A stretch of 64,000 nt of DNA from Balanoglossus misakiensis (GCA_040954595.2 CM082586.2:11873337-11937336); one strand, 5' to 3'; positions 1 to 13,200 are shown, counted from the first letter of the stretch. Numbers and translations: made by a program. The notes: generated by a model not told the origin, from the sequence alone.

Positions 1-123
1 GATTTCCGCAAAATCTTGCAAAACACTGAAGCTTCTCTCATTCATTTTCAATTCTGTAGTGGGGCTCTTTTGTTGTAGTTCTTCTAACACCTGCCTAGCA
101 CATTTCTTGTTAGGTGTGGTGAT
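1..123 (-). CDS. Putative coding exon running off the window (ITTPNKKCARQVLEELQQKSPTTELKMNERSFSVLQDFAEI...)
   Basis: Acceptor tttccacctttccag|ATCACC; open to the window edge; shares the IT-x-P-x-KK start and FS(I/V)L(N/Q)(E/D)FAEI with the 328-519 exon. Confidence 0.5.
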   Translation of the reverse strand, partial: MTTPNKKCARQVLEELQQKSPTTELKMNERSFSVLQDFAEI

Positions 124-327
124 CTGGAAAGGTGGAAACACAAGGCATTACCACGTTAATTTTTTGAAATCTTAGCCATTTTCCAGACTTCCAGTATAGA
201 ACCTCAAGGGTTTTATAGTTCAAAATTACAATCTTGATGATATGACATTGACCGCCCTGAAAGAAATTTTTACAACTTGGACTCAATCTTATCTCAAAAT
301 AGCAATACAAAATGCCAATATCATTAC

Positions 328-519
328 CTTGTCTTCTCCTTGATGTGCCTCATTGTTTTGGCTGTTTGAATGGGAGACAGCGATTTCCGCAAATTCATTC
401 AGAATGCTAAAATCTCCCTTGTTACATCCTTTGTATCTTTTCACCTTTGCAGCGAGGCTCTTCTTCCTTTCTGCATTTTTAATCCTCCTCCCAATACCTT
501 TCTTGTAGGGCATGGTGAT
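328..519 (-). CDS. Putative phase 0-0 coding exon (ITMPYKKGIGRRIKNAERKKSLAAKVKRYKGCNKGDFSILNEFAEIAVSHSNSQNNEAHQGEDK)
   Basis: Acceptor tttgtatcttcag|ATCACC and donor AAG|gtaatg; 192 nt (64 codons) open; peptide similar to the exon at 1-123. Confidence 0.5.
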
Positions 520-834
520 CTGAAGATACAAATGCATAACAGCATTACTTTTTAAGTTTCAAATAGTAACTAACAGCTACAGAAATGCTAGAGACTGTTT
601 TGGGTCTACCATTCAAAACAATGGGAAGAGACCATCTTTACCAAATGACATGTTGTTCAAACCAAGTACACTGGTATAGTATTAATTAAGTTTTGACAAC
701 ATACTTTCTGCTTTGGATAATTTTTTTCAAGGTGGTTCAGAAGCTGACAGCGTCCTGAAAGAGAATTGTGTGTTGTTTCTGATTTGGAATTTTACAATCT
801 CTATCACTCCTATTAATAACTAGCTACTAATTAC

Positions 835-917
835 CTGGTCAATTGCTTCACAAATGAATGTATCTTTCACAAAACACATCCTGGGAGAATCAGAAGCATC
901 GCAGATAAATAGCTTCA
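835..917 (-). CDS. Putative coding exon of an unidentified gene (xKLFICDASDSPRMCFVKDTFICEAIDQ)
   Basis: Minus-strand acceptor tttgttgttacag| and donor CAG|gtaatt; the 83 nt are open and end in phase 0, compatible with the exon at 328-519. Confidence 0.4.
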
Positions 918-999
918 CTGTAACAACAAAGGTTTACTTTGTGTACGATACAATATGGGCACACGCCAACATCACACCCTTATTGTTCCTGATATAATG

Positions 1000-2420
1000 G
1001 CGTTTTGTGCTGCGTGTAAACGGGGGATTTACTCAAAAAAAAGCTTGACAATACCTAACTGGACACATCAAGTGTTATTAAAAAAATATCCGCATTTGCG
1101 GCTTTCCAAAAAAATCTCCTCAAGGGTGGATGATCAAAAATAGACCCACGAGAAAAAAAAAGAAAACATAACTTCCGGAAAGCCGGAGTGTCGCTGGTCG
1201 CATGATCGCATAACAACAAGTTGACTTCTTTTTTTCTTTCAACTGAATGTGAAATATCTGCGTAAAACCCCACCAATACACCCACAATTACATGGTAACA
1301 ACAATAAAATAAGAGGTTAAGACATTCAAGGAATATCTTCCGTAAAAAAGGACACAATCGGCAGCATGAAATTTTACGCTACATGCAACCGGAAGTATTT
1401 GTCTGCAAGCACGATGCACAAAAAGCATGGGCAAAATCGTCATTTATCACAGAAATTTGCCAGCCATCGACAATCAGAGATTAGTACTATGCACGGTCGG
1501 TTTGTTACGACTTCCTGTGCGACGAAGGAACGTAAGAAATGCCAAATCTTGGAAAAACTGGGAGACAAAAATCCAAAACAAGTGAAGTTCTGGAAACAAA
1601 ACAATCGAGACAGGTTCGGAACTACGCAATGTTCTTTTTGACGGCAAACGTAAAATTAACACTAACAGTTTAACAATGAAACACATCGTAGCACTTCTTG
1701 TATGCTGAAGATTTCATATTTTAAAGAATTTCCGATCGACGGATTGTCTTCTTACAGAAAAACGGTCACAATCTCCGCGATGACTTCTACAACACGACAT
1801 TCGGCGTCGCGTCATCATACACAAACAATTACTTGCTCTTCACAAATAGTTGTAAAATTGTGAAAAAAATAGAATACCTACCTTTTTATGGAGTAATGAA
1901 AACCTTAGATGATCAACATGGTACGGACGCAGCGTAAAAAAAGCTTCTACTTCTGTGGAGTCGTTTGGACGCAAACTTTAAGTGGACCGACGACGAGGAA
2001 GCAGCAGTGCGGTGCTCGCGAACTGTAGCATACTGGATATGACGCTCGACGATATGCGATTCGGGTTAAAATTCACAGTCAGATATCACGACCAAAAATA
2101 ATCTCTTGGCCATGAGTGTTTTCAATAATTGTCTGTCTTCAAATGAAGACATGAAAAGTTTATTCGAGACCATTATTGGAAGAAATTAAGTTATATAATG
2201 TTTAAAATTGCAGCAAAAATCGGCGGGATTCGACCGGCATCAAACAACAATTGTATTCCGAAGATCACTAAGATTACTTGTCGTCTGCAAAGCAGTCAGG
2301 GGTGTTGGACACTGACGATCGCCCATCCACGACCGATTGACACCTTTTGTAATTATTCCATTTAGGTTCAAAACCGGCTAATCCCCTTTTCCTTTGATGT
2401 TTGCCGCCATTTCCTGTCCC
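1000..2420. promoter_or_regulatory. Locally CpG-richer, promoter-like segment
   Basis: Visibly more CpG than its flanks; ETS-like cores ACTTCCGG (1171), ACCGGAAGT (about 1388), ACTTCCTG (about 1510); YY1-like GCCGCCATTT (2403-2412); lies upstream of the putative minus-strand exons. Could instead be an old repeat. Confidence 0.25.
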
Positions 2421-3354
2421 GTTTTTCTCTAGGGTCTATGCCTGAACACTTCACCACCATAGTTCAATCCAAACCCAATTGTTTTTATGATAAAGTTGGA
2501 CCTCTAAAGAGGAAACTGGGGGTGAAAGGGTTAAAGATTCCCCTTTCCAATGAATCCCATAAAATTGTTCAAACTTCAAAACTGCGGCAAGAGGAACACA
2601 AAACCAGTATTCACTAACTGATCTTTCTGCCACGCCTAGACACATTCAAAATGATTTTTTTTTGTATCAGGATTTTTTACATCAAAGACCAATCACATTG
2701 TAGAGGGTGCTCTCCTATTCCAAATCTTTTCTGTCATGTGACCAGGGTACTGTACTACTTGGCAATAAAATACCAAGTACATCCCGTTCTGATTTTCAAA
2801 GATCAAATCCTTTATGTGAAAATGAGGTTATGAAAAAAGAGCATTCCAATGACCTCTGAGGTCTCACAAAATCTCACACATTAATTTTCAAGCTACAGCA
2901 ATAATATTGAATGTTCAGAACATAACACTAGACATTTTTTCCCCTTGAGAGCCAAATGGAATGAAAAACCAGGGTTGATACAAATGACGTTCCTAATTTC
3001 AATATATATCTCTTGCAATTTACAATCATTACTTATATAAGAATTGTACAGGAAAATACGTCTGTAGCGGTTATGGCTGGTGCATACAAATACACCTGAA
3101 ACACTCGAACAGTATAAATATTTGAAAACTAGTGGGCTAATGGGAAGGAACAGAATACGACACACTAAAGGGTTGGCGGAAACTTGGCAAATCTTTAATA
3201 TGCAGATGAAAAAGAGTTTGACAAAACCAGCTCCAAGCCGCCAAACCAGGGGAGGGGAAGCATTCAGGGAGTTCCCATTAGCCAGTAAAATACAAAACTG
3301 CCCAGTAACTTGCGAGAAAGATTCCTAACACGTTGGAGAAAAGATGTGAAAACT

Positions 3355-4340
3355 TCAAGACTGATTGTAGTGGGAACGCAAATGCTCTTGCATAGGGGTG
3401 GTGACAGAGCAGCACTTTTGTGGGCTGACATGTAAGTAGCGCAAGTAAGCGGAAGATGTCCAGTCCCCGTGCAATTTGATAAGTTCTCCAGGAACCCCTG
3501 CTTCGAGAGGGAAAGAAGCGCCGCCCCTGCGGAAACTATGGCCTGAGTAGATAGAGGGGTTGAACCCGGCTTGCGCTAAGACGGAACGCAGAAAAGACAC
3601 AAATGCGCTGTGGGTGAGGGGGGACTAGGGTACCCTGGGAAGGATAGACAAATGCTGGTGCTCCGGCTGGAGCTGGGATCAAGTCGCGCATGCGTTCGAA
3701 AGACGTGACTGGGCATAACACTGAGCCCGGCAACCGCGCAACTGGGATGGAGCACACCCGATCATGGAACTGATTGGTTTTTGACCAACGAATGAGAACG
3801 TGTAGCCCAAAAGCACTAAACTGCATATCCCCCCGACACAGGTGCTTCTGGGGGTCAAAGGTCGTGCGAGAAGGAACAGTAAGGTTGGACTTCCTGAGAA
3901 ATGTGAAAAAAACCAATAAGCAAGAGGTCCAAAAAACTTGATGAAAAGGGTTGGAAAAAATCTAACAAACTATGAAAAGCTAACAGGATATGCGGATTGA
4001 TGGGCAGCTTCTGAGTACATGACTGGGGATGAACTCGCTGAAGACCTCTCAAAGTCAGTTTGACTTGAAAACTCTCTAAGGCCGAACATTCAATGCGTAA
4101 ATACGAATGCAACTTAGAAACACTATGCAGGTAGTTTTTAGTGACTGCACTGAACTGACTGAACGAGATAAAAAGGTAAGAAACATGGAAAGAACATGCG
4201 GTGATGCCGGTGTTGGCTTGAGGCCGAAGAAGTGGCAAAACAATAAGAAAGCCTTCCACTGGCTTTTCAAATTTTGGACTGTCCCTGTAGCAAATGCAGA
4301 AGCTTGTAAGGCTGTTGTTTGCTGGTGAAGGGCAAGCCAT
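3355..4340 (-). pseudogene. Tyrosine recombinase of the DIRS/Ngaro-like element, frameshifted into 3-4 pieces
   Basis: Motifs FFTFLRKSNL (first R), IRWSKTNQF (K), LCPV, YSGHSFRRGGAS (HxxR), LHGDWTSSAYLRY (catalytic Y); N-terminal SQWKAFLLFC..F segment. Confidence 0.9.
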
Positions 4341-4413
4341 GACGACCCTGAAATAAGAAAATGAAACCTAACTGAGAATACATCTCGACGCTGGGAAGAT
4401 GTACAGTGAAAGC

Positions 4414-5230
4414 TTACAGGTCATAGTGAAAATTGGTGAAGTATGTGACTGGCATTGCCACCTCTATCACATGCAGACTATTGGTTAACTCATGAAATTC
4501 AAAACTGTGATGCTGAGAAATGTGCCATCTGCTTAAATGGTCATCTAAGCAATTATCCTGACCCTGAATATGCACTGCTTTGAGTTCAAAACTATTGAGT
4601 GCGGACACTAGCCATAACTCTCGTAAATATTGAAGCATATGGAGGACTCGTGAGCGACCTGAATTAATGACAGTGACTGTTGCCATATTATCGCAAAACA
4701 CCTGAATGCGCTGGCCTTTCCACAGATGGCTCCACAGATGACACGCAACAAGCACTGTTAAAAGTTCTAACGCATTAATATGTAAACCCTGACTAATAAC
4801 AGGTAAAGGAAATTCTGTGTGAAAATACAGTCCTTGAGAAAAGCCCCGCAGCCTGAGAGGCAGGCGTCAGTAGAAAAAAAACGGCATCTGGTGTACTCCA
4901 TCTAGAAGCTGGGATAACAGATACTCCGTTGTATAATGGTAAAAAGGTACGCCACCAAACTAAGTCAGCGAAGAATTGCGAATCTAGAAAAATGCGAGGT
5001 GATTTAAACTGCTGTCTAAGTAACTGTAACATACGGGAGAAAAACACTCGTCCTGAGCGGACACATGTGGCAACTGAGTTAAGCTTGCCTAACAAAGACT
5101 GAAATTGACGCTTGGGAACAGAGGCTTTTGTGTCCCACTCATCAAGCTCTGTGAGCAGGATGAATAACTTGTGTGCAGGAATGCGCATGGTCATAGACAC
5201 AGTGTCGAATTCAATACCGAGAAAAACCAT
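4414..5230 (-). pseudogene. RT C-terminal part and RNase H of the DIRS/Ngaro-like element, frameshifted
   Basis: VFLGIEFDT, FQSLLGKL, DLVWWRTFLPLYNGVS; TDAS is restored across a shift in a T run near 4875; FCDNMATV and HIQGQDNCLDDHLSR follow. Confidence 0.88.
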
Positions 5231-5252
5231 GCAAGTGGACGGCGCTACTGCT

Positions 5253-6413
5253 TTATCCTGCGCCTCCTAGACCAAGCTGTGATAAAAGTCTACCAAGGGA
5301 TTCAAAGGCTGCCATGGCTTTGTCTGGCGCCTCTGCACCCCCAAAATCATCTAAATAATTGATGCCAGCGTAACCATTCTGTCTAAATAAATACATAACT
5401 GCACTTGTGGTACGTTGGCAGGCTAATGCAGCAGAGCGAAGCCCGAAGGGAAAATCAAGATCAAAGAAGAATAAATGATGCCATGAAAAACCAAGGAGAT
5501 TATAATCTCGTGGGTCAATGAAAATTTGCCGATATGCTCGGTGTAAGTCTCTCTTGTATAACAGGCAACCGGGTCCTTTGTCCTGAATAATTTGTGTGAA
5601 ATGATCTAAAGATCGGTACGACAGTTTTATGTGATAACCATCATAAAAGTCTGAAGAGATTCCGTCATTGACGGTGTTTCGTTGGTGTTCCGGAAAGCTG
5701 AGGTCCATGACTACGCGACGGCGTGGAGACTCCTTTTTGGGCACAGTTTGAAGTTGAGACACCACGAACCCGTGAGGAAATGGGCTGGTTGTGAAAGGTC
5801 CGGCTGTGGCCCCAGCGGCGACTTCAGTGCTGATGAAGTGGTCCACATCGTTGGGAAACATCAAGGCCGAAGGGTGATTACGAATGTCGACGACCGGTAA
5901 CGTGTCACGGGTATAACCGATAGGCCAGCCAAAAGGGTGATAGTCACAAATGATATTGTCAGCATAATGTGCCAGCAGTGATCTCCATAAAGGCAACACT
6001 AATTTAGTCGGAACGGGATATTTGAGTCCTTGGTAGTTTGGTAACCCGGATGTAGAGACTTGTGCATGCAACACACAAATATTGGCTAAAGAAAATTCCG
6101 ATGAGGGAGACGTGCTCGACTGAATGTTTAAATACCGCGATGTCAGAGGCGAAGCTGAAATCGGAGGAATTGTTACAATGTTTGAAGTGGACGAGGACGG
6201 TGGGTCATCGTTCGCTGTGTGAGACACAATGTCGGAGGATGCGGCTGTATGGCCTGAGATACATAAAGGGCGTGGTGTATGGGACCAGGGAGCCCGAATG
6301 TTAGCGTTGGACGGTAACCGAGCGCTAGAAAATTCTTCTGATGCAGAAGTGTACGGAATGTTCTGTGAGGAAGAGACGGAACACAATGTAGTCTCTGTGA
6401 ACATGGGATTCAA
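5253..6413 (-). pseudogene. Reverse transcriptase of the DIRS/Ngaro-like element
   Basis: TVPKK..RRRVVMDLSFP, KRDLHRAYRQI, FPFGLRSAALACQR, NYLDDFGG; frameshift after LGL near 5260. Confidence 0.93.
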
Positions 6414-6542
6414 CCCAACAACTGAAGTTAAGTCCGAATTAGATCTATTACTATTGGGGCTGTCATTCTTCTTGCTGGTGGCGAGGTGGCAATCTTTGCC
6501 GCTGTGAGATGTGGCTGTGTTGTTAATTTTGAAACAGCGATA

Positions 6543-7222
6543 TCAGATGTGACTTCTAAAACACTTGTCGCCCCATTCGCATGTCTGGAAGTTGTACTTG
6601 TAACAAATGTCGCTCTTCTTGTCGGCCTGTTTCTTGCCGCTATCAGTGCCTTGTTTGACAGATTTCAGGGTGTCGGGTGAGAGAAGTTCTTTTTCATAAC
6701 GGTCGAAGCAGTCTTGCCAACGTAGTTCTGCGCTTTGTATCTTTTCTAAGATGGTACCTTGGAAATTCAGTACGACTAACCAATCGTACTTATGAGCGAG
6801 TCTCATTAATTTCTGGAGATGCAGTAATCTGGGAGCGCGTTCCTCAGACGAGATGGGCAGGTAGACGGAGTTGATTATTTCTAATTCGCCTCTGAATAGT
6901 TGTGCGATGGTTAAGTTGTCGAATTTGGGGACTTTTCCTCCTTTTTCGCGAGGTAGGCGCAAATGTGGCCATTTCACTTTGGATTCATCTGCGGAGCTGG
7001 GGGCTTGAGTGTCACGAAGGGACTTTCCTAGCTTACCTTGATTAGCGGCTGGGTTTTGACGAAGGATTTCCAGTGTTGGTGGACAGCCGTTGCCCGACGA
7101 TAAACGGATCGATGGAGGCGGTTGCATGGGACTTGTGGTGGCATCCTGCACTCGGAGGGCGGCAAGTTCGTGTTCTAGTTCTGAGATGCGGGAGCGGGTC
7201 TGTAATACACGCTGCTCTCGTT
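6543..7222 (-). pseudogene. Gag-like ORF1 of the DIRS/Ngaro-like element, N-terminally truncated
   Basis: Coiled-coil-like start, YDW..VLNF..ILEKI...LRW core, C-terminal CYKYNFQTCEWGDKCFRSH (CCCH finger); position upstream of RT. Confidence 0.75.
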
Positions 7223-10200
7223 CCAAAACAAAGCCTTGAAACTATACATAAGTCTTTTTAGTAAAACGTATCCATTTATGTGACCATTCTTTGAATTCCA
7301 TTTATGATGTAAGAAATTAAATTATTTGCAATATTAATCTATTCCTTACAACATTCCAGCATAACTCTTTCCATATTTGTTTTCATTCTGTGACTGTTCC
7401 ACTTAAATCTTGTAGAGAATTCGTTATTCCAAAACAAAGCCTTGAAACTATACATATCCTGTTACGTGACGTTTCTTTGAATTCCATTTATGATGTAAGA
7501 AATTAAATTATTTGCAATATTAATCTATCCCTTACAACATTCCGGCATAACGCTTTCCATATTTGTTTTTATTCTGTGACTGTTCCACTTAAATCTTGTA
7601 GAGAATTCGTTATGCCAAAACAAAGCCTTGAAACTATACATAAGTCTTTTTACTAAAACATGGCCCGTTATGTGACCATTCTTTGGATTCCATTTATGAT
7701 ATAAGAAATTAAATTATTTGCAATATTAAACTATCCCTTACAACATTCCGGCATAACTCTTTCTATATTTGTTTTCATTCTGTGACTGTTCCACTTAAAT
7801 CTTGTAGAGAATTCGTTATTCCAAAACAAAGCCTTGAAACTATACATAAGTCTTTTTAGTAAAACATGGCCCGTTATGTGACCATTCTTTGAATTCCATT
7901 TATGATGTAAGAAATTAAATTATTTGCAATATTAATCTATCCCTTACAACATTCCGGCATAACGCTTTCCATATTTGTTTTTATTCTGTGACTGTTCCAC
8001 TTTAATCTTGTAGAGAATTCGTTATTCCAAAACAAAGCCTTGAAACTATACATAAGTCTTTTGAGTAAAACATGGCCCGTTATGTGACCATTCTTTGAAT
8101 TCCATTTATGATGTAAGAAATTAAATTATTTGCAATATTAATCTATCCATTACAACATTCCGGCATAACGCTTTCCAAATGTGTTTTCATTCTGTGACTG
8201 TTCCACTTAAATCTTGTAGAGAATTCGTTATTCCAAAACAAAGCCTTGAAACTATACATAAGTCTTTTTAGTAAAACATGGCCCGTTATGTGACCATTCT
8301 TTGAATTCCATTTATGATGTAAGAAATTAAATTATTTGCAATATTAATCTATCCCTTACAACATTCCGGCATAACGCTTTCCATATTTGTTTTTATTCTG
8401 TGACTGTTCCACTTAAATCTTGTAGAGAATTCGTTATGCCAAAACAAAGCCTTGAAACTATACATAAGTCTTTTTACTAAAACATGGCCTGTTATGTGAG
8501 TGACTGTTCCACTTAAATCTTGTAGAGAATTCGTTATTCCAAAACAAAGCCTTGAAACTATACATAAGTCTTTTAGTAAAATATATCCATTTATGTGACC
8601 ATTCTTTGAATTCCATTTATGATGTAAGAAATTAAATTATTTGCAATATTAATCTATCCCTTACAACATTCCAGCATAACTCTTTCCATATTTGTTTTCA
8701 TTCTGTGACTGTTCCACTTAAATCTTGGAGAGAATTCGTTATTCCAAAACAAAGCCTTGAAACTATACATATCCTGTTACATGACCTTTCTTTGAATTCC
8801 ATTTATGATGTAAGAAATTAAATTTTTTGCAATATTAATCTATCCCTTACAACATTCCGGCATAACTCTTTCCATATTTGTTTTCATTATGTGACTGTTC
8901 CACTTAAATCTTGTAGAGAATTCGTTATGCCAAAACAAAGCCTTGAAACTATACATATCGTGTTACGTGACGTTTCTTTGAATTCCATTTATGATGTAAG
9001 AAATTAAATTATTTGCAATATTAATCTATCCCTTACAACATTCCGGCATAACGCTTTCCATATTTGTTTTTATTCTTTGACTGTTCCACTTAAATCTTGT
9101 AGAGAATTCGTTATTCCAAAACAAAGCCTTGAAACTATACATAAGTCTTTTTAGTAAAACATGGCCCGTTATGTGACCATTCTTTGAATTCCATTTATGA
9201 TGTAAGAAATTAAATTATTTGCAATATTAATCTATCCATTACAACATTCCGGCATAACGCTTTCCAAATGTGTTTTCATTCTGTGACTGTTCCACTTAAA
9301 TCTTGTAGAGAATTCGTTATTCCAAAACAAAGCCTTCAAACTATACATAAGTCTTTTTAGTAAAACATGGCCTGTTATGTGACCATTCTTTGAATTACAT
9401 TTATGATGTAAGAAATTAAATTATTTGCAATATTAATCTATCCCTTACAACATTCCGGCATAACGCTTTCCATATTTCTTTTCATTATGTGACTGTTCCA
9501 CTTAAATCTTGTAGAGAATTCGTTATTCCAAAACAAAGCCTTGAAACTATACATAAGTCTTTTTACTAAAACATGGCCTGTTATGTGAGTGACTGTTCCA
9601 CTTAAATCTTGTAGGGAATTCGTTATTCCAAAACAAAGCCTTGAAACTATACATAAGTCTTTTTAGTAAAATATATCCATTTATGTGACCATTCTTTGAA
9701 TTCCATTTATGATGTAAGAAATTAAATTATTTGCAATATTAATCTATCCCTTACAACATTCCAGCATAACTCTTTCCATATTTGTTTTCATTCTGTGACT
9801 GTTCCACTTAAATCTTGGAGAGAATTCGTTATTCCAAAACAAAGCCTTGAAACTATACATATCCTGTTACATGACCTTTCTTTGAATTCCATTTATGATG
9901 TAAGAAATTAATTTTTTTGCAATATTAATCTATCCTATACAACATTCCGGCATAACTCTTTCCATATTTGTTTTCATTCTGTGACTGTTCCACTTAAATC
10001 TTGTAGAGAATTCGTTATGCCAAAACAAAGCCTTGAAACTATACATATCCTGTTACGTGACGTTTCTTTGAATTCCATTTATGATGTAAGAAATTAAATT
10101 ATTTGCAATATTAATCTATCCCTTACAACATTCCGGCATAACGCTTTCCATATTTGTTTTTATTCTGTGACTGTTCCACTTAAATCTTGTAGAGAATTCG

Positions 10201-13200
10201 TTATTCCAAAACAAAGCCTTGAAACTATACTTAAGTCTTTTTTGTAAAACATGGCCCGTTATGTGACCATTCTTTGAATTCCATTTATGATGTAAGAAAT
10301 TAAATTATTTGCAATATTAATCTATCCCTTACAACATTCCGGCATAACGCTTTCCATATTTGTTTTTATTCTGTGACTGTTCCACTAAAATCTTGTAGAG
10401 AATTCGTTATTCCAAAACAAAGCCTTGAAACTATACATAAGTCTTTTTACTAAAACATGGCCCGTTATGTGACCATTCTTTGAATTCCATTTATGATATA
10501 AGAAATTAAATTATTTGCAATATTAATCTATCCCTTACAACATTCCGGCATAACTCTTTCTATATTTGTTTTCATTCTGTGACTGTTCCACTTAAATCTT
10601 GTAGAGAATTCGTTATTCCAAAACAAAGCCTTGAAACTATACATAAGTCTTTTTAGTAAAACATGGCCCGTTATGTGACCATTCTTTGAATTCCATTTAT
10701 GATGTAAGAAATTAAATTATTTGCAATATTAATCTATCCCTTACAACATTCCGGCATAACTCTTTCTATATTTGTTTTCATTCTGTGACTGTTCCACTTA
10801 AATCTTGTAGAGAATTCGTTATTCCAAAACAAAGCCTTCAAACTATACATATTAAGTCTTTTTAGTAAAACATGGCCCGTTATTTGACCATTCATTGAAT
10901 TTCATTTATGATGTAAGAAACTAAATTATTTGCAATATTATACTATCCCTTACAACATTCCAGCATAACTATTTGAATATTTGTTTTCATTCTATAACTG
11001 TTCCACTTAAATCTTGGAGAGAATTCGTTATTCCAAAACAAAGCCTTGAAACTATATATAAGTCTTTTTAGTAAAACATGGCCCGTGATTTGACCATTCT
11101 TTGAATTTCATTTATGATGTAAGAAATTAAATTATTTGCAATATTAATCTATCCCTTACAACATTCCGGCATAATTCTTTGTATATTTGTTTTCATTCTG
11201 TGACTGTTCCACTTAAATCTTGTAGAGAATTTGGTATTTCAACACAAAATCTCTGAACCTATACATAAGTCTTTTTAGTAAAACATATCCAGTTATTTGA
11301 CCATTCTTTGAATTCCATTTATGATGTAAGAAATTAAATTATTTGCAATATTAATCTATCCCTTACAACATTCCAGCATAACTCTTTCCATATTTGTTTT
11401 CATTCTGTGACTGTTCCACTTAAATCTTGTAGAGAATTCGTTATTCCAAAACAAAGCCTTGAAACTATACATATCCTGTTACGTGACGTTTCTTTGAATT
11501 CCATTTATGATGTAAGAAATTAAATTATTTGCAATATTAATCTATCCCTTACAACATTCCGGCATAACGCTTTCCATATTTGTTTTTATTCTGTGACTGT
11601 TCCACTTAAATCTTGTAGAGAATTCGTTATTCCAAAACAAAGCCTTGAAACTATACATAAGTCTTTTTTGTAAAACATGGCCCGTTATGTGACCATTCTT
11701 TGAATTCCATTTATGATGTAAGAAATTAAATTATTTGCAATATTAATCTATCCCTTACAACATTCCGGCATAACGCTTTCCATATTTGTTTTTATTCTGT
11801 GACTGTTCCACTAAAATCTTGTAGAGAATTCGTTATTCCAAAACAAAGCCTTGAAACTATACATAAGTCTTTTTACTAAAACATGGCCCGTTATGTGACC
11901 ATTCTTTGAATTCCATTTATGATATAAGAAATTAAATTATTTGCAATATTAATCTATCCCTTACAACATTCCGGCATAACTCTTTCTATATTTCTTTTCA
12001 TTCTGTGACTGTTCCACTTAAATCTTGTAGAGAATTCGTTATTCCAAAACAAAGCCTTCAAACTATACATAAGTCTTTTTAGTAAAACATATCCATTTAT
12101 GTGACCATTCTTTGAATTCTATTTATGATGTAAGAAATTAAATTATTTGCAATATTAATCTATCCCTTACAACATTCCAGCATAACTCTTTCTATATTTG
12201 TTTTCATTCTGTGACTGTTCCACTTAAATCTTGGAGAGAATTCGTTATTCCAAAACAAAGCCTTGAAACTATACATATCCTGTTACGTGACCTTTCTTTG
12301 AATTCCATTTATGATGTAAGAAATTAAATTTTTTGCAATATTAATCTATCCCTTACAACATTCCAGCATAACTCTTTCCATATTTGTTTTCATTCTGTGA
12401 TTGTTCCACTTAAATCTTGTAGAGAATTCGTTATTCCAAAACAAAGCCTTGAAACTATACATATCCTGTTACGTGACGTTTCTTTGAATTCCATTTATGA
12501 TGTAAGAAATTAAATTATTTGCAATATTAATCTATCCCTTACAACATTCCGGCATAACGCTTTCCATATTTGTTTTCATTCTGTAACTGTTCCACTTAAA
12601 TCTTGTAGAGAATTCGTTATTCCAAAACAAAGCCTTGAAACTATACATATGTCTTTTTTGTAAAACATGGCCCGTTATGTGACCATTCTTTGAATTCCAT
12701 TTATGATATAAGAAATTAAATTATTTGCAATATTAATCTATCCCTTACAACATTCCGGCATAACTCTTTCTATATTTGTTTTCATTCTGTGACTGTTCCA
12801 CTTAAATCTTGTAGAGAATTCGTTATTCCAAAACAAAGCCTTGAAACTATACATAAGTCTTTTTAGTAAAACATGGCCCGTTATGTGACCATTCTTTGAA
12901 TTCCATTTATGATGTAAGAAATTAAATTATTTGCAATATTAATCTATCCCTTACAACATTCCGGCATAACGCTTTCCAAATGTGTTTTCATTCTGTGACT
13001 GTTCCACTTAAATCTTGTAGAGAATTCGTTATTCCAAAACAAAGCCTTCAAACTATACATAAGTCTTTTTAGTAAAACATATCCATTTATGTGACCATTC
13101 TTTGAATTCTATTTATGATGTAAGAAATTAAATTATTTGCAATATTAATCTATCCCTTACAACATTCCGGCATAACGCTTTCCAAATGTGTTTTCATTCT

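Larger units (their letters stand above)
3110..7222 (-). mobile_element. Degraded, 5'-truncated tyrosine-recombinase retrotransposon (DIRS order, Ngaro-like)
   Basis: Minus-strand order is Gag-like, RT, RNase H, tyrosine recombinase, with no methyltransferase ORF between RNase H and YR; several frameshifts. The 3' boundary is approximate (ATTAAA near 3195); the 5' end is cut by the satellite. Confidence 0.9.

Noticed and set aside
955-3328. Short ORFs between the putative exons and the DIRS-like element
   Set aside because: No recognisable motifs; lengths of 60-100 aa are compatible with chance.
3355-4340. Phage integrase or prophage
   Set aside because: The recombinase is directly linked to DIRS-type RT/RNase H and Gag-like ORFs, and there are no phage genes.
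7417-7436. CENP-B box at GAATTCGTTATTCC
   Set aside because: Only TTCG matches; the required downstream A and CGGG are absent.
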